A stretch of DNA of 64,000 nucleotides from an uncultured delta proteobacterium (GTDB lineage Bacteria > Desulfobacterota > Binatia > Binatales > Binataceae): contig CAVXXK010000001.1 of NCBI GenBank assembly GCA_963765675.1, positions 1,760,001 through 1,824,000 on the forward strand. Direction: 5' to 3'. A program made the position numbers and the translations under genes. Shown here piece by piece: positions 39,917-49,915 of this stretch (its first letter is position 1; the number at the start of each line of letters is the position of its first letter). The notes under the pieces are model-generated. The model searched no databases, was not told the origin of the DNA, and saw nothing but the letters and a program-made list of their open reading frames with translations.

Positions 39917-40071
39917 CGTCTGCTCCCTCGAGTTCGCTCGCGCGTGCATCTTTTCGCGATAGACATGCGGCACAGGCGGCTTCTATATTGACGATTCACC
40001 TGCGCCGATGTCGAGCCGATATGCAATATCAGTTGTGCGCGCGCGGCGACTACTCGAGAGGATTAACCACG

Positions 40072-41502
40072 ATGGGATTACGGACGGCTGAACAGTACAA
40101 GGCTTCCCTGCGCGACGGACGCGCGGTCTATTTTCGCGGCGAGAAGGTGCCCGACGTCACCGCGCATCCGGTGATCGGGATCGCGGTCGAGCACGCGGCG
40201 CTCGACTACAAGATGGCCGAGGACGCGAAGTATCGCGAGTTGGCGGTGATCAAGGAAGGCGGCGACGAGTACAGCCGCTATTACCATGTTCCTAAGAACG
40301 GCGACGATCTGCTGAAGCGCAGTAACCTGATTGCCGCATCGACGCGTGAGGGCGCGACCCTGGTCGTGCTGATCAAGGAGATCGGCACCGACGCGCTGCT
40401 CGCCCTGCAAATCCTCGGCGCAAAAATGGCGGCCGCAGGACATCCGGAATATCGCGAGCGGATCCAGAAGTTTTATCGGCATTGCCGCGACAACGATCTC
40501 GCGGTTGCGGTCGCGCAGACCGACACCAAGGGCGACCGCTCGCTGCCGCCGACGCAGCAGGAGCATCCTGACTATTATGTCCGCGTCGTCGAAGAGCGGC
40601 CCGACGGAATCGTGGTGCGCGGCGCGAAGGTTCACACCTCGGTCTCGACCAACACCAACGAGGTCATCGTTTTGCCGACCCGTGCGATGCGCGCGGAGGA
40701 CAAGGCGTACGCGGTCGCGTTCGGGGTGCCGATGAACACGCCGGGACTCAAGATGATCGCGAGTCCGCACGGCGGCTCGAAGAAGAACGCGTTTGAGCAT
40801 CCGATCAGCGCGCGGCACAAGATGATGGAAACGCTGACCGTGTTCGACGACGTGTTCGTGCCCAAGGAGCGCGTGTTCTTAAACGGCGAGATTGATTTCG
40901 CGGGGCTGCTCGCCCTGACCTTCGTGCGCTTTCATCGCTTCACCGCGGTGTCGTACAAGCTGCCGCTGCTCGAGCTGATGGCGGGCGCCGGTTTCGCGAT
41001 CGCCGAGGCCAACGGAATCTCGCGCGCGGGGCACGTGCGCGACAAGCTGACCCATCTCGCGGCCTATCACACGACGGTTCGTGGATTGATCGAGCACGCC
41101 GCCCGCACCTGCACTATCGAAGAGGGCATCGCGGTACCGAACACGCTTTTGACCAACGTCGCCAAGTATCACTTCGCGCACAACTATCATCAGGCGGTGC
41201 AGATCGTGCAGGACCTGGCCGGCGGACTGCTCGTGACCGCGCCCGCCGAGGAAGATCTGAAGAGCGAAGCCACGCGCGAGTACGTATTGAAATATATGGG
41301 TGGCGCAAAAGGTTTCGACGCGGAGAAGCGGCTCAGGCTTCTCAACCTGATAAGCGACCTGACCTCGTCGGATTTCGGCGGCTACCAGGAAGTGCTGGCG
41401 GTCCACGCCGAGGGCGGCTTCGAGGCGGAGAAGCTCCAAGCCTACCGCGAGTACGATTTCAAGACCGTAGCCGCCTACGCGCGCAAACTCGCGGGAGTGT
41501 GA
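40072..41502 (+). CDS. HpaB/AbfD family flavoprotein (4-hydroxyphenylacetate 3-hydroxylase / 4-hydroxybutyryl-CoA dehydratase fold)
   Basis: YKASLRDGRAVYFRGEKV, AQTDTKGDRS, GIVVRGAKVH, VFDDVFVP. Confidence 0.85.
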   Translation: MGLRTAEQYKASLRDGRAVYFRGEKVPDVTAHPVIGIAVEHAALDYKMAEDAKYRELAVIKEGGDEYSRYYHVPKNGDDLLKRSNLIAASTREGATLVVLIKEIGTDALLALQILGAKMAAAGHPEYRERIQKFYRHCRDNDLAVAVAQTDTKGDRSLPPTQQEHPDYYVRVVEERPDGIVVRGAKVHTSVSTNTNEVIVLPTRAMRAEDKAYAVAFGVPMNTPGLKMIASPHGGSKKNAFEHPISARHKMMETLTVFDDVFVPKERVFLNGEIDFAGLLALTFVRFHRFTAVSYKLPLLELMAGAGFAIAEANGISRAGHVRDKLTHLAAYHTTVRGLIEHAARTCTIEEGIAVPNTLLTNVAKYHFAHNYHQAVQIVQDLAGGLLVTAPAEEDLKSEATREYVLKYMGGAKGFDAEKRLRLLNLISDLTSSDFGGYQEVLAVHAEGGFEAEKLQAYREYDFKTVAAYARKLAGV

Positions 41503-41519
41503 GCCGGCGGTCGTGCGGG

Positions 41520-41885
41520 TTACTGGTTCGTGCGCAGCTCGATCGTGTTGCCGTCGGGGTCGAGGATCCATAACTGACGGCCCGCGCCCATGTTTGTCGG
41601 CGCTTCGAGGAACTCGATTCCCATCTCGGTCAGCGTCTTCTTTGCGGCATCGAAGTCTTCGACATCGAGCGCCAGATGCGGGCCGAGCGGGTCGGGTTTG
41701 CGCCCGCGATTTTCACTCTGGATCAGGTGAATCGCGTTGTCACCGACGCCGTACCATGCGCCGGGAAATCCAAAATCGGGACGCGGGAGCTTTTTGAGGC
41801 CGAGCACCTGTTCGTAGAACGCCATCGATTTGGGCGCGTCGCTGACGCGGACGGCGCAGTGGCTGAACTGTTTGGCTTTGATCAT
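41520..41885 (-). CDS. VOC/glyoxalase family protein
   Basis: HCAVRVSD…FYEQVLG, HLALDVED, DPDGNTIEL. Confidence 0.88.
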   Translation of the reverse strand: MIKAKQFSHCAVRVSDAPKSMAFYEQVLGLKKLPRPDFGFPGAWYGVGDNAIHLIQSENRGRKPDPLGPHLALDVEDFDAAKKTLTEMGIEFLEAPTNMGAGRQLWILDPDGNTIELRTNQ

Positions 41886-41942
41886 CGTCGGTAGTCTCCG
41901 ATCGCTGTTTAGCACGCGCGCACCGCGTACAGGAAACTATGC

Positions 41943-43112
41943 TTATTCGAACGCGTTCTCGCCGGTGATGTCGCGGCCGAGAATCAGCGTGTGCACGTCG
42001 AAGGTCCCTTCGTAGGTGTTCACCGTCTCGAGGTTCATCATGTGCCGGATGACGGGATACTCGTTCACGATCCCATTGGCGCCCAGCATGTCGCGCGCGT
42101 CGCGTGCGATCTTGAGCGCCTCGTTCACGTTGTTGCGCTTGGCGAACGAGACGTGCTCGGGACGGAGCTTGCCCTGGTCCTTCAGATGCGCCAAGCGCAG
42201 ACAGACCATCTGCGCCTTGGTGATCTCCGTCAGCATCTTGACCAGCTTGTTCTGCACGAGCTGATAACCGGCCAGCGGACGCGAGAACTGCTTGCGCGAT
42301 TTGGTGTAGTCCAGCGCGGTGTTGTAGCAGGTCCGCGCCGCGCCGATCGCTCCCCACGCGATTCCGTAGCGCGCCTGCGTCAGGCATCCGAGTGGACCTT
42401 TGAGTCCGCGCGCGTTCGGCAGATGCGCCGTCGCGGGAATTTTCACGTCTTCGAGGATCAATTCCGAGGTGATCGACGCGCGCATCGAGAACTTCCCGTG
42501 GATATCGCGGGTCGAGAATCCCGGCGTGCCTTTCTCGACGATAAAGCCGGTGATGCCCTGGTCAACTTTGGCCCACACGACCGCGACGTCGGCGATCGAG
42601 CCGTTGGTGATCCAGCGCTTGGTGCCGTTGAGAATCCATCCGTCGCCGTCCTTGCGCGCGCGGGTCTCCATCCCGCCCGGATCGGAACCGTGGTCGGGCT
42701 CGGTCAAGCCGAAGCATCCGAGAAGGTGCCCTTTGGCCATCTCCGGTAAGTAGCGTTTCTTCTGCTCCTCGGTGCCATTTGCATAAATTGCATACATCGC
42801 GAGCGAGCTCTGCACCGAGGCGAACGAGCGCAGGCCAGAGTCGCCGGCTTCGAGCTCCTGCATGATCAGGCCGTATGCGACGTTGTTCATTCCGGCGCAT
42901 CCGTAGCCCTTGAGATTGGCGCCAAACATCCCGAGTTCCGCCATCTGCGGGACCAGCTCGACGGCGAAGGTTTCGTTGGCGAAGTGACGCTCGACGTGCG
43001 GCAGCACCTCGCGCTGGACGAAGCGCTTGACCGTGTCGCGAGTCGCGCGTTCCTCGGTGGTCAGAAGGTCGTCGAGGTTGAAGAAATCGAGATCTTTTAA
43101 CGAATCCGCCAT
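41943..43112 (-). CDS. gcdH: Glutaryl-CoA dehydrogenase
   Basis: DSGLRSFASVQSSL, CFGLTEPDHGSDP, NLETVNTYEGTFDVH. Confidence 0.88.
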   Translation of the reverse strand: MADSLKDLDFFNLDDLLTTEERATRDTVKRFVQREVLPHVERHFANETFAVELVPQMAELGMFGANLKGYGCAGMNNVAYGLIMQELEAGDSGLRSFASVQSSLAMYAIYANGTEEQKKRYLPEMAKGHLLGCFGLTEPDHGSDPGGMETRARKDGDGWILNGTKRWITNGSIADVAVVWAKVDQGITGFIVEKGTPGFSTRDIHGKFSMRASITSELILEDVKIPATAHLPNARGLKGPLGCLTQARYGIAWGAIGAARTCYNTALDYTKSRKQFSRPLAGYQLVQNKLVKMLTEITKAQMVCLRLAHLKDQGKLRPEHVSFAKRNNVNEALKIARDARDMLGANGIVNEYPVIRHMMNLETVNTYEGTFDVHTLILGRDITGENAFE

Positions 43113-43351
43113 CTTAGACTCCGTCGCAAGATTGATGCTGAATTTTCACAAGATTTTCGCTACGCTTGTAGCTGCGTTGACACATTGAGCGGCCCCACCG
43201 CTCGCTAAGGACCTGTTAGCATCGTTCATCGCCCCACTTGACCCGTCCGTGCGCTTTCCGCAGGGTAATTAATGAAGTCTCGCAAGTTAACCACGGCTAC
43301 TGCTTGCCTGACTTTTAAGTATCACGTAGCCTAATGCGATAAGTAAGTAAT

Positions 43352-44332
43352 ATGCACATCGAAACGCTGAAGGTCTTCTGCGACATAATCGAAAGCGGGA
43401 GCTTTTCTTATGCCGCTTCCCAAAATTTTGTCACCCAGTCAGCGGTCAGCCAGCAGGTCCGCAGCCTCGAGGAAAAATACGACTGCCGATTGATAGAACG
43501 AGGCAGGGCGGGAGTCAAACCGACTCCGGCCGGCCAGATTCTGTACACCGCCAGCAAGGAAATCGTACGCCGATTCATGGAGCTGGAGAATCGGCTGCGC
43601 GAGATCGGTTCGGTAATCGCCGGCTCGATTCGCGTTGGCACGGTTTACAGCGTCGGGCTGCACGAGCTGCCGCCATACCTGACCGAGTTCCTGCGCAATT
43701 ATCCCGCGGTCAATGTGCACCTGGAATATTTGCGCTCGAACAAAATCTACGAAGATCTGATCGAGGGCAAGATCGATCTCGGTGTCGTCGCGTATCCAGC
43801 CAAACGAAGCCAAATCGTCTCGATCGCGTTTCGTCACGACGAGCTGGTCCTCGTCGTTCCTCCGGACAGCACGCTGACCAAGCACGGCAAGATCAGCGTC
43901 GGAGCGCTCTCGGGGCAGAAGTTCGTTGGCTACGAACGCGACATCGCCACCCGCAAAGCCTCGGATCGAATCCTGCGCGAGTACGGCGTCAAGCCTAATT
44001 ACGTGCTCGAATTCGACAATATCGAGACGATCAAGCGCGCGGTCGAGATCGGGCTCGGATGCGCGATCGTGCCGCGGATGACGGTGGAAAATGAAGTCAC
44101 GCGCGGGTCGCTAAGGGTGCTCGAATTTTCCGAGGGCACCTTCACCCGTCCACTCGCGATCATCTACAAGCGTGGACGCGAGCTTTCACCGGCGGTGCGC
44201 AAATTTATCGACGTGCTCACGCAGAGCAACATCCTGCCCAAAGTCGGCCGCGGAGAGCGCGCCGAACGTGGCGGCCGCGCGGAGCGGCTGACCTCTGCGG
44301 ATGGTCCTGAGAAGGCGGAAAAAACGGCGTAA
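43352..44332 (+). CDS. LysR family transcriptional regulator
   Basis: SFSYAA…VTQSAVSQQVRSLE HTH; divergent from gcdH. Confidence 0.93.
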   Translation: MHIETLKVFCDIIESGSFSYAASQNFVTQSAVSQQVRSLEEKYDCRLIERGRAGVKPTPAGQILYTASKEIVRRFMELENRLREIGSVIAGSIRVGTVYSVGLHELPPYLTEFLRNYPAVNVHLEYLRSNKIYEDLIEGKIDLGVVAYPAKRSQIVSIAFRHDELVLVVPPDSTLTKHGKISVGALSGQKFVGYERDIATRKASDRILREYGVKPNYVLEFDNIETIKRAVEIGLGCAIVPRMTVENEVTRGSLRVLEFSEGTFTRPLAIIYKRGRELSPAVRKFIDVLTQSNILPKVGRGERAERGGRAERLTSADGPEKAEKTA

Positions 44333-44350
44333 CGACGAAGCTCCAAAAGC

Positions 44351-44391
44351 AAAAACGGCCGGATGCGCGAGGCGTCCGGCCGTTTCTTTTT
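44351..44391. terminator. Rho-independent terminator, probably bidirectional
   Basis: AAAAACGGCCGGATGC-GCGA-GGCGTCCGGCCGTTTCTTTTT between convergent genes. Confidence 0.8.
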
Positions 44392-44419
44392 CGGTGGCTT
44401 CGTTTGGGTTCGTTCTGAT

Positions 44420-45838
44420 TTAGAGCGGGGGCGCTTTAAAGCCGCCGAGCTCCTGTTCGAGCAGCTTTCCGACCGCGAGCACCTCTTCTTCTCCGAAAGC
44501 GCGGCCCATCACCTGTACTCCCGTTGGCAGTCCGTCCTGATCGCGGCCCGCCGGAAGCACCAGGCCCGGAAGCCCGCCGCAGTTCCCAATGAGCGCCGGC
44601 CAGTTGGCGGTGAACAGCGGAAACATCTTGCCGTCGATATCGACCTCGGTCTTGCCGTGCGGAAACGCGTTTACACAGAATGGCGGCAGGATCAGGATCG
44701 GATAGCGTTCCATGAACTCCGCGAGCTTGATGCGCCAGGTGTCGCGCGCGATCGAGGTGAGAAAATATTCGGCCGCAGTTTTGCCCGGACCTGCACCCGC
44801 CAGCATGTTGCGCAGCCGCTCGCGCGACAGATGCAGCTTGTCGCCCATAATGCCCGCCAGCAGCGCGCCGCCGTCCGCCATCGCGTACGCGAACCACAGG
44901 CCCGCGGCCTCCTCGACCGGAGGCTTCACTTCCTCGACCGTCACGCCGGTTTTTTCGAGCGCGCGCGCCGCGCGAATGGTCGCCTCGCGGATCGCGCGCG
45001 CAACCGGAACCTCGCCGGCGGCGGTAAAGAATCCCACGCGGATTTTCTTCACATCGACGCGCTCCGGATGCGCCTCGGGTGTCGGCGCGGTGTAAGGAGC
45101 GGTCGGATGCGGTCCCTTGATGATGTTGTAAGAGAGGGTCAGGTCGTCGACGTAGCGCGCCATCGGACCGATGGTCGCCATATGCGCGATCGGCGGCGGC
45201 GCGACTCCAGGAGACATGTGTCCGCTGCCGGGAATCGTGCCCCAGCTCGGTTTCAGTCCGGCCACGCCGCAAAAGTGCGACGGGATGCGGATCGATCCGC
45301 CGTAGTCCGAGCCCAGCCCAAGCGGCGACATCCCGGTAGCGAGCGCAGCCGCTTCGCCGCCGCTGGAACCCCCTGGCACGCGCTCATGATTCCACGGATT
45401 GTTGGTCGCGCCGAAGACGGGATTGTCGCAATCGTAATCGAGCGTCATTTCAGGCGTGTTGGTTTTCGCGATAATAATCGCGCCGGCCGCACGCAGCCGC
45501 GCCACGGTGGGCGCGTCGTAGGTGGCGACGTGATGCTCGAAAATCTTCATCCCCCAGGTCGAGCGGACGCCGGCGGTGATGATCGAATCCTTGATCGTGA
45601 TCGGCAGCCCTTCCAGCGGCCGCGCTTCGCCCTTTTTTGCAAGCCGAGCGTCACTGGCTCCGGCTTCTTCGATCGCGCGCTCTTCGACCAGGGTTACGAC
45701 CGCGTTGAGGTTGTGATTGACCGACTCGATCCGCTCGATAAAAGCGTCGACCATCTCGGTGGACGAGACTTCACGCGCCTTGAGCATCGCCGTGAGCTTG
45801 TGCGCCGGCGCGAAAAAGAGATCTTTGGAAAATGGCAT
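44420..45838 (-). CDS. Amidase signature family enzyme
   Basis: ITIKD, GGSSGGEAAA, GSDYGGSIRIPS. Confidence 0.93.
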   Translation of the reverse strand: MPFSKDLFFAPAHKLTAMLKAREVSSTEMVDAFIERIESVNHNLNAVVTLVEERAIEEAGASDARLAKKGEARPLEGLPITIKDSIITAGVRSTWGMKIFEHHVATYDAPTVARLRAAGAIIIAKTNTPEMTLDYDCDNPVFGATNNPWNHERVPGGSSGGEAAALATGMSPLGLGSDYGGSIRIPSHFCGVAGLKPSWGTIPGSGHMSPGVAPPPIAHMATIGPMARYVDDLTLSYNIIKGPHPTAPYTAPTPEAHPERVDVKKIRVGFFTAAGEVPVARAIREATIRAARALEKTGVTVEEVKPPVEEAAGLWFAYAMADGGALLAGIMGDKLHLSRERLRNMLAGAGPGKTAAEYFLTSIARDTWRIKLAEFMERYPILILPPFCVNAFPHGKTEVDIDGKMFPLFTANWPALIGNCGGLPGLVLPAGRDQDGLPTGVQVMGRAFGEEEVLAVGKLLEQELGGFKAPPL

Positions 45839-45959
45839 TTAGAACCTCGTGGGGCGCGTTTCGCGCCGCTGCACCGCCGGTAATACCATCGACCGCGCGC
45901 CATTGCACGTGCCTCGCACGCGCCATTACGCGGCCGGCACGACCGCGGTTCCAGGGTGG

Positions 45960-47243
45960 TCAGACTTCGCGGCGGACCAGGGCGAGCGGCGGGCGCGAAT
46001 CGACGCGGCCCGAGTTCTGACGAGCTTCGCGGCGCGCCTCCAGCACACTGCCAACCAGGAAGGTCGCGAGCACTCCGAGTACGTTCAGGGAGGTATCAAC
46101 GATCGGAGTGTGGCCGGCGAGATTGATCGCGATATAGCTAAGCGAGCTCAGCAGGACACCCGCTCCATAAACCGGCAGCGAATGGCGGCCGCAGGCTAGA
46201 AACGGCGCGGCGATCCTGGAACGAAGCCATCCGGCTTGCGGCGCAACGAAATAGGCGACCATGTACAGCAGCGCAAGAACGTTGATTATCCGCATCGGCG
46301 CGAGCAACGTCTTGTCCGCAGGCCACAAATATATCGGAGGATTAAACAGTCCCAAGCCGACTGCGGCATTGCGCCACGGCGCCGCCATCACGACAGCAAA
46401 GCTGGTGAACGCGATAGCGGCCGCGACGATCATGGTTCTCGCGCTGGCGGACACCTTGATGGGCTTGGTTTTGCTCACATACCCGAGCGTGATTCCGATT
46501 ACATAGAGGAGTTGCCACGTGAACGGATTGAAGTACCAGACCTCGCCCTGATTTCCCGCGGGCAAATTGAATCCCGCCCATCGCGTCAACAGATAGATCG
46601 CCAGCGAGGCCCCGAGCGCGACGCGCATGTCGCGCTTGACCATCCAGATAACGCCCGGCGCAAGCGCGAGCAGAATCAGGTAGAGCGGCAGGATGTCGAG
46701 ATTGTTGGGCAGAAACCGCAGCGTGACGGCTGCGAAGATCGCATCGCGCGGCGCGTCGAATAGCCATCGCATCCGAAGGAAATCCAGGTACTCGGGGCGA
46801 TCCAGCCACCAGGCCGACAGCAGCAGCGCCAGCGCGACGCCGAACAGCAGAAGCAGGTGCGAATAGTAAATCTTGATCCATCGCCGGCCGATCGTGCCCG
46901 AGCATCGCAGGAACCCTTCGCGCTCGAGCTTTCCGCTGTACGCGAGATATGAAGATATCCCCGAGATCAAAACGAAGACTTCGGCCGCGTCACAGAAGGC
47001 GAACTTTCGAAGCGTCCAGTTGCTCAGCGGATTGCCGGGAACGTGATCGATGAAAATGATGATCAGCGCAAGGCCGCGGCAGAAGTCGAGCCGATAGTCC
47101 CGCTCGCTCTTGACGGCCAGCGCGACGGCAGGAGCCGGCGTGGCGGAGTCGGGAGCCTCAAGCCGTCTCGTGGTCTGAAACTTGCGCGTCAGCCGGGGCT
47201 TTAGGGGAGTCGCTTCGTGGGCGATTGTGCCGGCGTCTGACAT
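45960..47243 (-). CDS. opgC: OpgC-family membrane protein (periplasmic glucan succinyltransferase-like)
   Basis: RDYRLDFCRGLAL…DHVP, DAAEVFV, LDILPLY, WYFNPFTWQ, GRHSLPVY. Confidence 0.85.
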   Translation of the reverse strand: MSDAGTIAHEATPLKPRLTRKFQTTRRLEAPDSATPAPAVALAVKSERDYRLDFCRGLALIIIFIDHVPGNPLSNWTLRKFAFCDAAEVFVLISGISSYLAYSGKLEREGFLRCSGTIGRRWIKIYYSHLLLLFGVALALLLSAWWLDRPEYLDFLRMRWLFDAPRDAIFAAVTLRFLPNNLDILPLYLILLALAPGVIWMVKRDMRVALGASLAIYLLTRWAGFNLPAGNQGEVWYFNPFTWQLLYVIGITLGYVSKTKPIKVSASARTMIVAAAIAFTSFAVVMAAPWRNAAVGLGLFNPPIYLWPADKTLLAPMRIINVLALLYMVAYFVAPQAGWLRSRIAAPFLACGRHSLPVYGAGVLLSSLSYIAINLAGHTPIVDTSLNVLGVLATFLVGSVLEARREARQNSGRVDSRPPLALVRREV

Positions 47244-47262
47244 GGTTGATCGTGATTGCCGA

Positions 47263-47278
47263 AGCAATAGTTCTGCCA
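47263..47278 (-). promoter_or_regulatory. Sigma-54 (-24/-12) promoter of opgC
   Basis: Minus strand TGGCAGAACTATTGCT, near-consensus. Confidence 0.7.
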
Positions 47279-47602
47279 CGTTGTCGAGCGAGTCAGGAGA
47301 CCCCTGCGCTTTAACCTTCCTCTCGAAGGATGACGCACAATAGGTTCTCATGGTTGCGAGATATTCGCCAACCAAATGAACGATCTGCCGGATATGGAAA
47401 AATTTGCCCGACAAATCGCGCGGTCTGTCATGTTTCCTCTGAGCGCAGAATCGCGCCGAACGCCGCGCGCGAAGGCCATGCACAATGCAACATGCTGCCT
47501 ATCGCAGAAGCATCAAATGGCGCTCGAGCGCCAACCACGCTTGCTATAGGAGAGAGATCTGCCGTACGCGTATGCGCAATCATATTGCCGGAGGCTCGTG
47601 AG

Positions 47603-47992
47603 ATGGAATTGAAACTTGACGCGATTGCGCCAGTGTTCCTGGTCGAAGATGTAAGGCGCGCGGCGGAATATTATCGCGACCGGCTCGGCTTCAGCCTGAC
47701 GGAATATTTTGGTGAGCCACCGGCCTTCACGATCGTTCGCCGCGACGCGGTTCGAATCGCCTTGCGACGCGTCGGAGACGTGAAGGGTGGTTCGAATCGC
47801 GCGCGCAACACCGAGGGCTTCGACGCATATATCTGGGTCAGCGATATCGACGCGCTTTACGAACAGTTCCTGACCAACAAAGCGCCGGTGTCAGGTCCGC
47901 CGGAACTGCAGGTGTACGGTATTCGTGAACTCTGGATCCGCGATCTCGACGGCTACGTCGTGACCTTCGGGCAGTTCGCGACTCCTTCCTGA
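47603..47992 (+). CDS. VOC/bleomycin-resistance family protein
   Basis: IAPVFLVEDV…YYRDRLGF, YGIREL…DLDGY; GGAGG RBS. Confidence 0.85.
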   Translation: MELKLDAIAPVFLVEDVRRAAEYYRDRLGFSLTEYFGEPPAFTIVRRDAVRIALRRVGDVKGGSNRARNTEGFDAYIWVSDIDALYEQFLTNKAPVSGPPELQVYGIRELWIRDLDGYVVTFGQFATPS

Positions 47993-48174
47993 CTTATCTC
48001 GAGCGCAGCCGAAGCGCGACGGCCGTCAGGCCGCTCCCAACCTTCAAGTGTGCTTGACGACGCGGCAGAGTAACGAATTTTTTCGCGCACCTCGCTTGCG
48101 TGACGCGAATGAGCGCAACGCCGCGACGCGACGAGGGTCGCAGCAGCAAGCCGCGCGCTCTATCCGCGGGCGAT

Positions 48175-48777
48175 CTACTCGATACTCGTGCTCGGCAGCG
48201 CAGGCGCGCTCTTCACCGGACCGGAGCCGCTATCCATCGGCTGCGCGCCGGAAGGATACGCGCTCGAACCCGTCGACGCGACCGGCGCGGGGGGCGGTGG
48301 CATCGGCGCCATCGGCTGCACCGCGGATGCGCCAGTAGTGTCAGGCGGCGGGGGTGGTGCGGTCTCGGTCGGGCCGCTGAAGTTGATCGGCTCCTCGCCT
48401 GCGACCATCTGAGGCGTCAGCACATAATCACCGCCCAGAGAACTGCGCCAGATCGTGTCTGCGGTCTGCGTGTTGCCGGCGGTCAAAAGGAACGCCGCTC
48501 CGCCGCCGATTCCGCCCAATACCGCATAGACCAGTTTGGCCGGGATGTAGAGCACGTTGCCGAGCAATGCCGCCGCGCCGTAGCCCGCGCCGGGCCAGTT
48601 CACCCCGCCCTCGTTGGGTTGCGGTACCTGGACCGGGGTTGCTCCCGCGGCGGGCGCGGTTTGCGCCTGCGCGAGACTGTTTGCCAAGGGACCGATCGGC
48701 ATCGCGAGCATCGCCGCCAACGCGTATGCCGCAATCCGATTCCGATGGTTAAGAACTTTCACGATTCGCATATGCAT
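48175..48777 (-). CDS. Hypothetical secreted/membrane protein with Pro-rich tail
   Basis: Signal-like N-terminus, hydrophobic YIPAKLVYAVLGG segment, Pro/Ser-rich C-terminus; start uncertain. Confidence 0.65.
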   Translation of the reverse strand: MHMRIVKVLNHRNRIAAYALAAMLAMPIGPLANSLAQAQTAPAAGATPVQVPQPNEGGVNWPGAGYGAAALLGNVLYIPAKLVYAVLGGIGGGAAFLLTAGNTQTADTIWRSSLGGDYVLTPQMVAGEEPINFSGPTETAPPPPPDTTGASAVQPMAPMPPPPAPVASTGSSAYPSGAQPMDSGSGPVKSAPALPSTSIE

Positions 48778-48815
48778 CCTCCGATAAAACTCCACCGCAC
48801 CACTTGCGACTTTGG

Positions 48816-49547
48816 TTATTCCGTTTTCACCACCGCGCCGGATGGCAGGAGATCCATCAGATGACGGAACGCGCGGTCCAGATATTCGGCGTCCTTTGAT
48901 TCGAGCGTAAGCTTGACGCGGTACTCGGGATTTCCGATCCGCGGATACGAACCCAACATCAATTCGGGAAAGGCGGCTACGCAGGCGTCCAGGTGCTCGG
49001 CGATAATCCCTTCGGTCGCCTGCGTGTAAATCGCACGCATGAAATAGGGATCGGTCGCGAAGCGCGGTTTGAGGGCCGCGAGTTTGGCTTCGAATAGCTG
49101 CGGGATCCCCGGCAGGACGTAGACATTTTCGATCTGCACGGTCGGGAAGCGGATATCGCCGCCGTGGTTCAGAATCGCGCCCTCGGGCACGAAGGCCATC
49201 TTGAGGCCGGCCTTGTTGAGCTTGTCGGTGAAATGCTGCCGAATCAGCGCTTCGAGCTCCGGATCGATCACGAGCGCGCGTTTGAACGCGGCGGCGACGC
49301 CTTCCATCGTCAGGTCGTCATGGGTGGGGCCGACGCCGCCCGAAGTGATAACGAAGTCGTAGCGCGCCGCGCACCATGCGACTTCCTGCGCGATAACTGG
49401 AATTTCATCCGGGATAGTTGCGACGCGCATCAGCGCCACGCCGGCGGTGCGCAATTCGCGTGCGGCGAAATAGGCATTGGAATCCTGCACCTTACCGGAC
49501 AGGATTTCATTGCCAATCACGATCAGCGCGCACGTGCGTTCCCGCAT
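48816..49547 (-). CDS. CinA-N/molybdopterin-binding domain protein
   Basis: IVIGNEILSGKVQDSN, TSGGVGPTHDDLT, LPGIP. Confidence 0.88.
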   Translation of the reverse strand: MRERTCALIVIGNEILSGKVQDSNAYFAARELRTAGVALMRVATIPDEIPVIAQEVAWCAARYDFVITSGGVGPTHDDLTMEGVAAAFKRALVIDPELEALIRQHFTDKLNKAGLKMAFVPEGAILNHGGDIRFPTVQIENVYVLPGIPQLFEAKLAALKPRFATDPYFMRAIYTQATEGIIAEHLDACVAAFPELMLGSYPRIGNPEYRVKLTLESKDAEYLDRAFRHLMDLLPSGAVVKTE

Positions 49548-49699
49548 CGCTCTGCCTCGACCATCCTCCGCACCTGACACATTATCCCGTGCCGCGCATC
49601 CAGCGGCAAGACGAATCGGTTCCACGGTCCCCCTTCCTCCGCGCGCGGCGATTGCGCGAGGATGCACAGCCTGACCCGCGGGTATTCCGCCATTCGCAG

Positions 49700-49865
49700 G
49701 TCAGTGCATGTCCGCCCCGGGATTTCTCGCCTGCGGCTCGAAATGACGGACGTGGGCGTGGCGCATGATCCTCATATTGTCACCCGAGCCCCGATCGTCA
49801 TTTCGACCGAAGGGAGAAATCCCGGGGCGGACATACTCCGAGTGGCCATATCATGCAGCGGTTCC
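49700..49865. repeat. Composite GTCAT-type REP mosaic, inner part only
   Basis: GGGATTTCTCGCCTGCGGCTCGAAATGAC … GTCATTTCGACCGAAGGGAGAAATCCC; spacers homologous to the 57829-58138 copy. Confidence 0.8.
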
Positions 49866-49915
49866 TCGGACGCGCATCGTCGCGCGCGCGGATGATACGC
49901 CGCGAATCACCGGCA

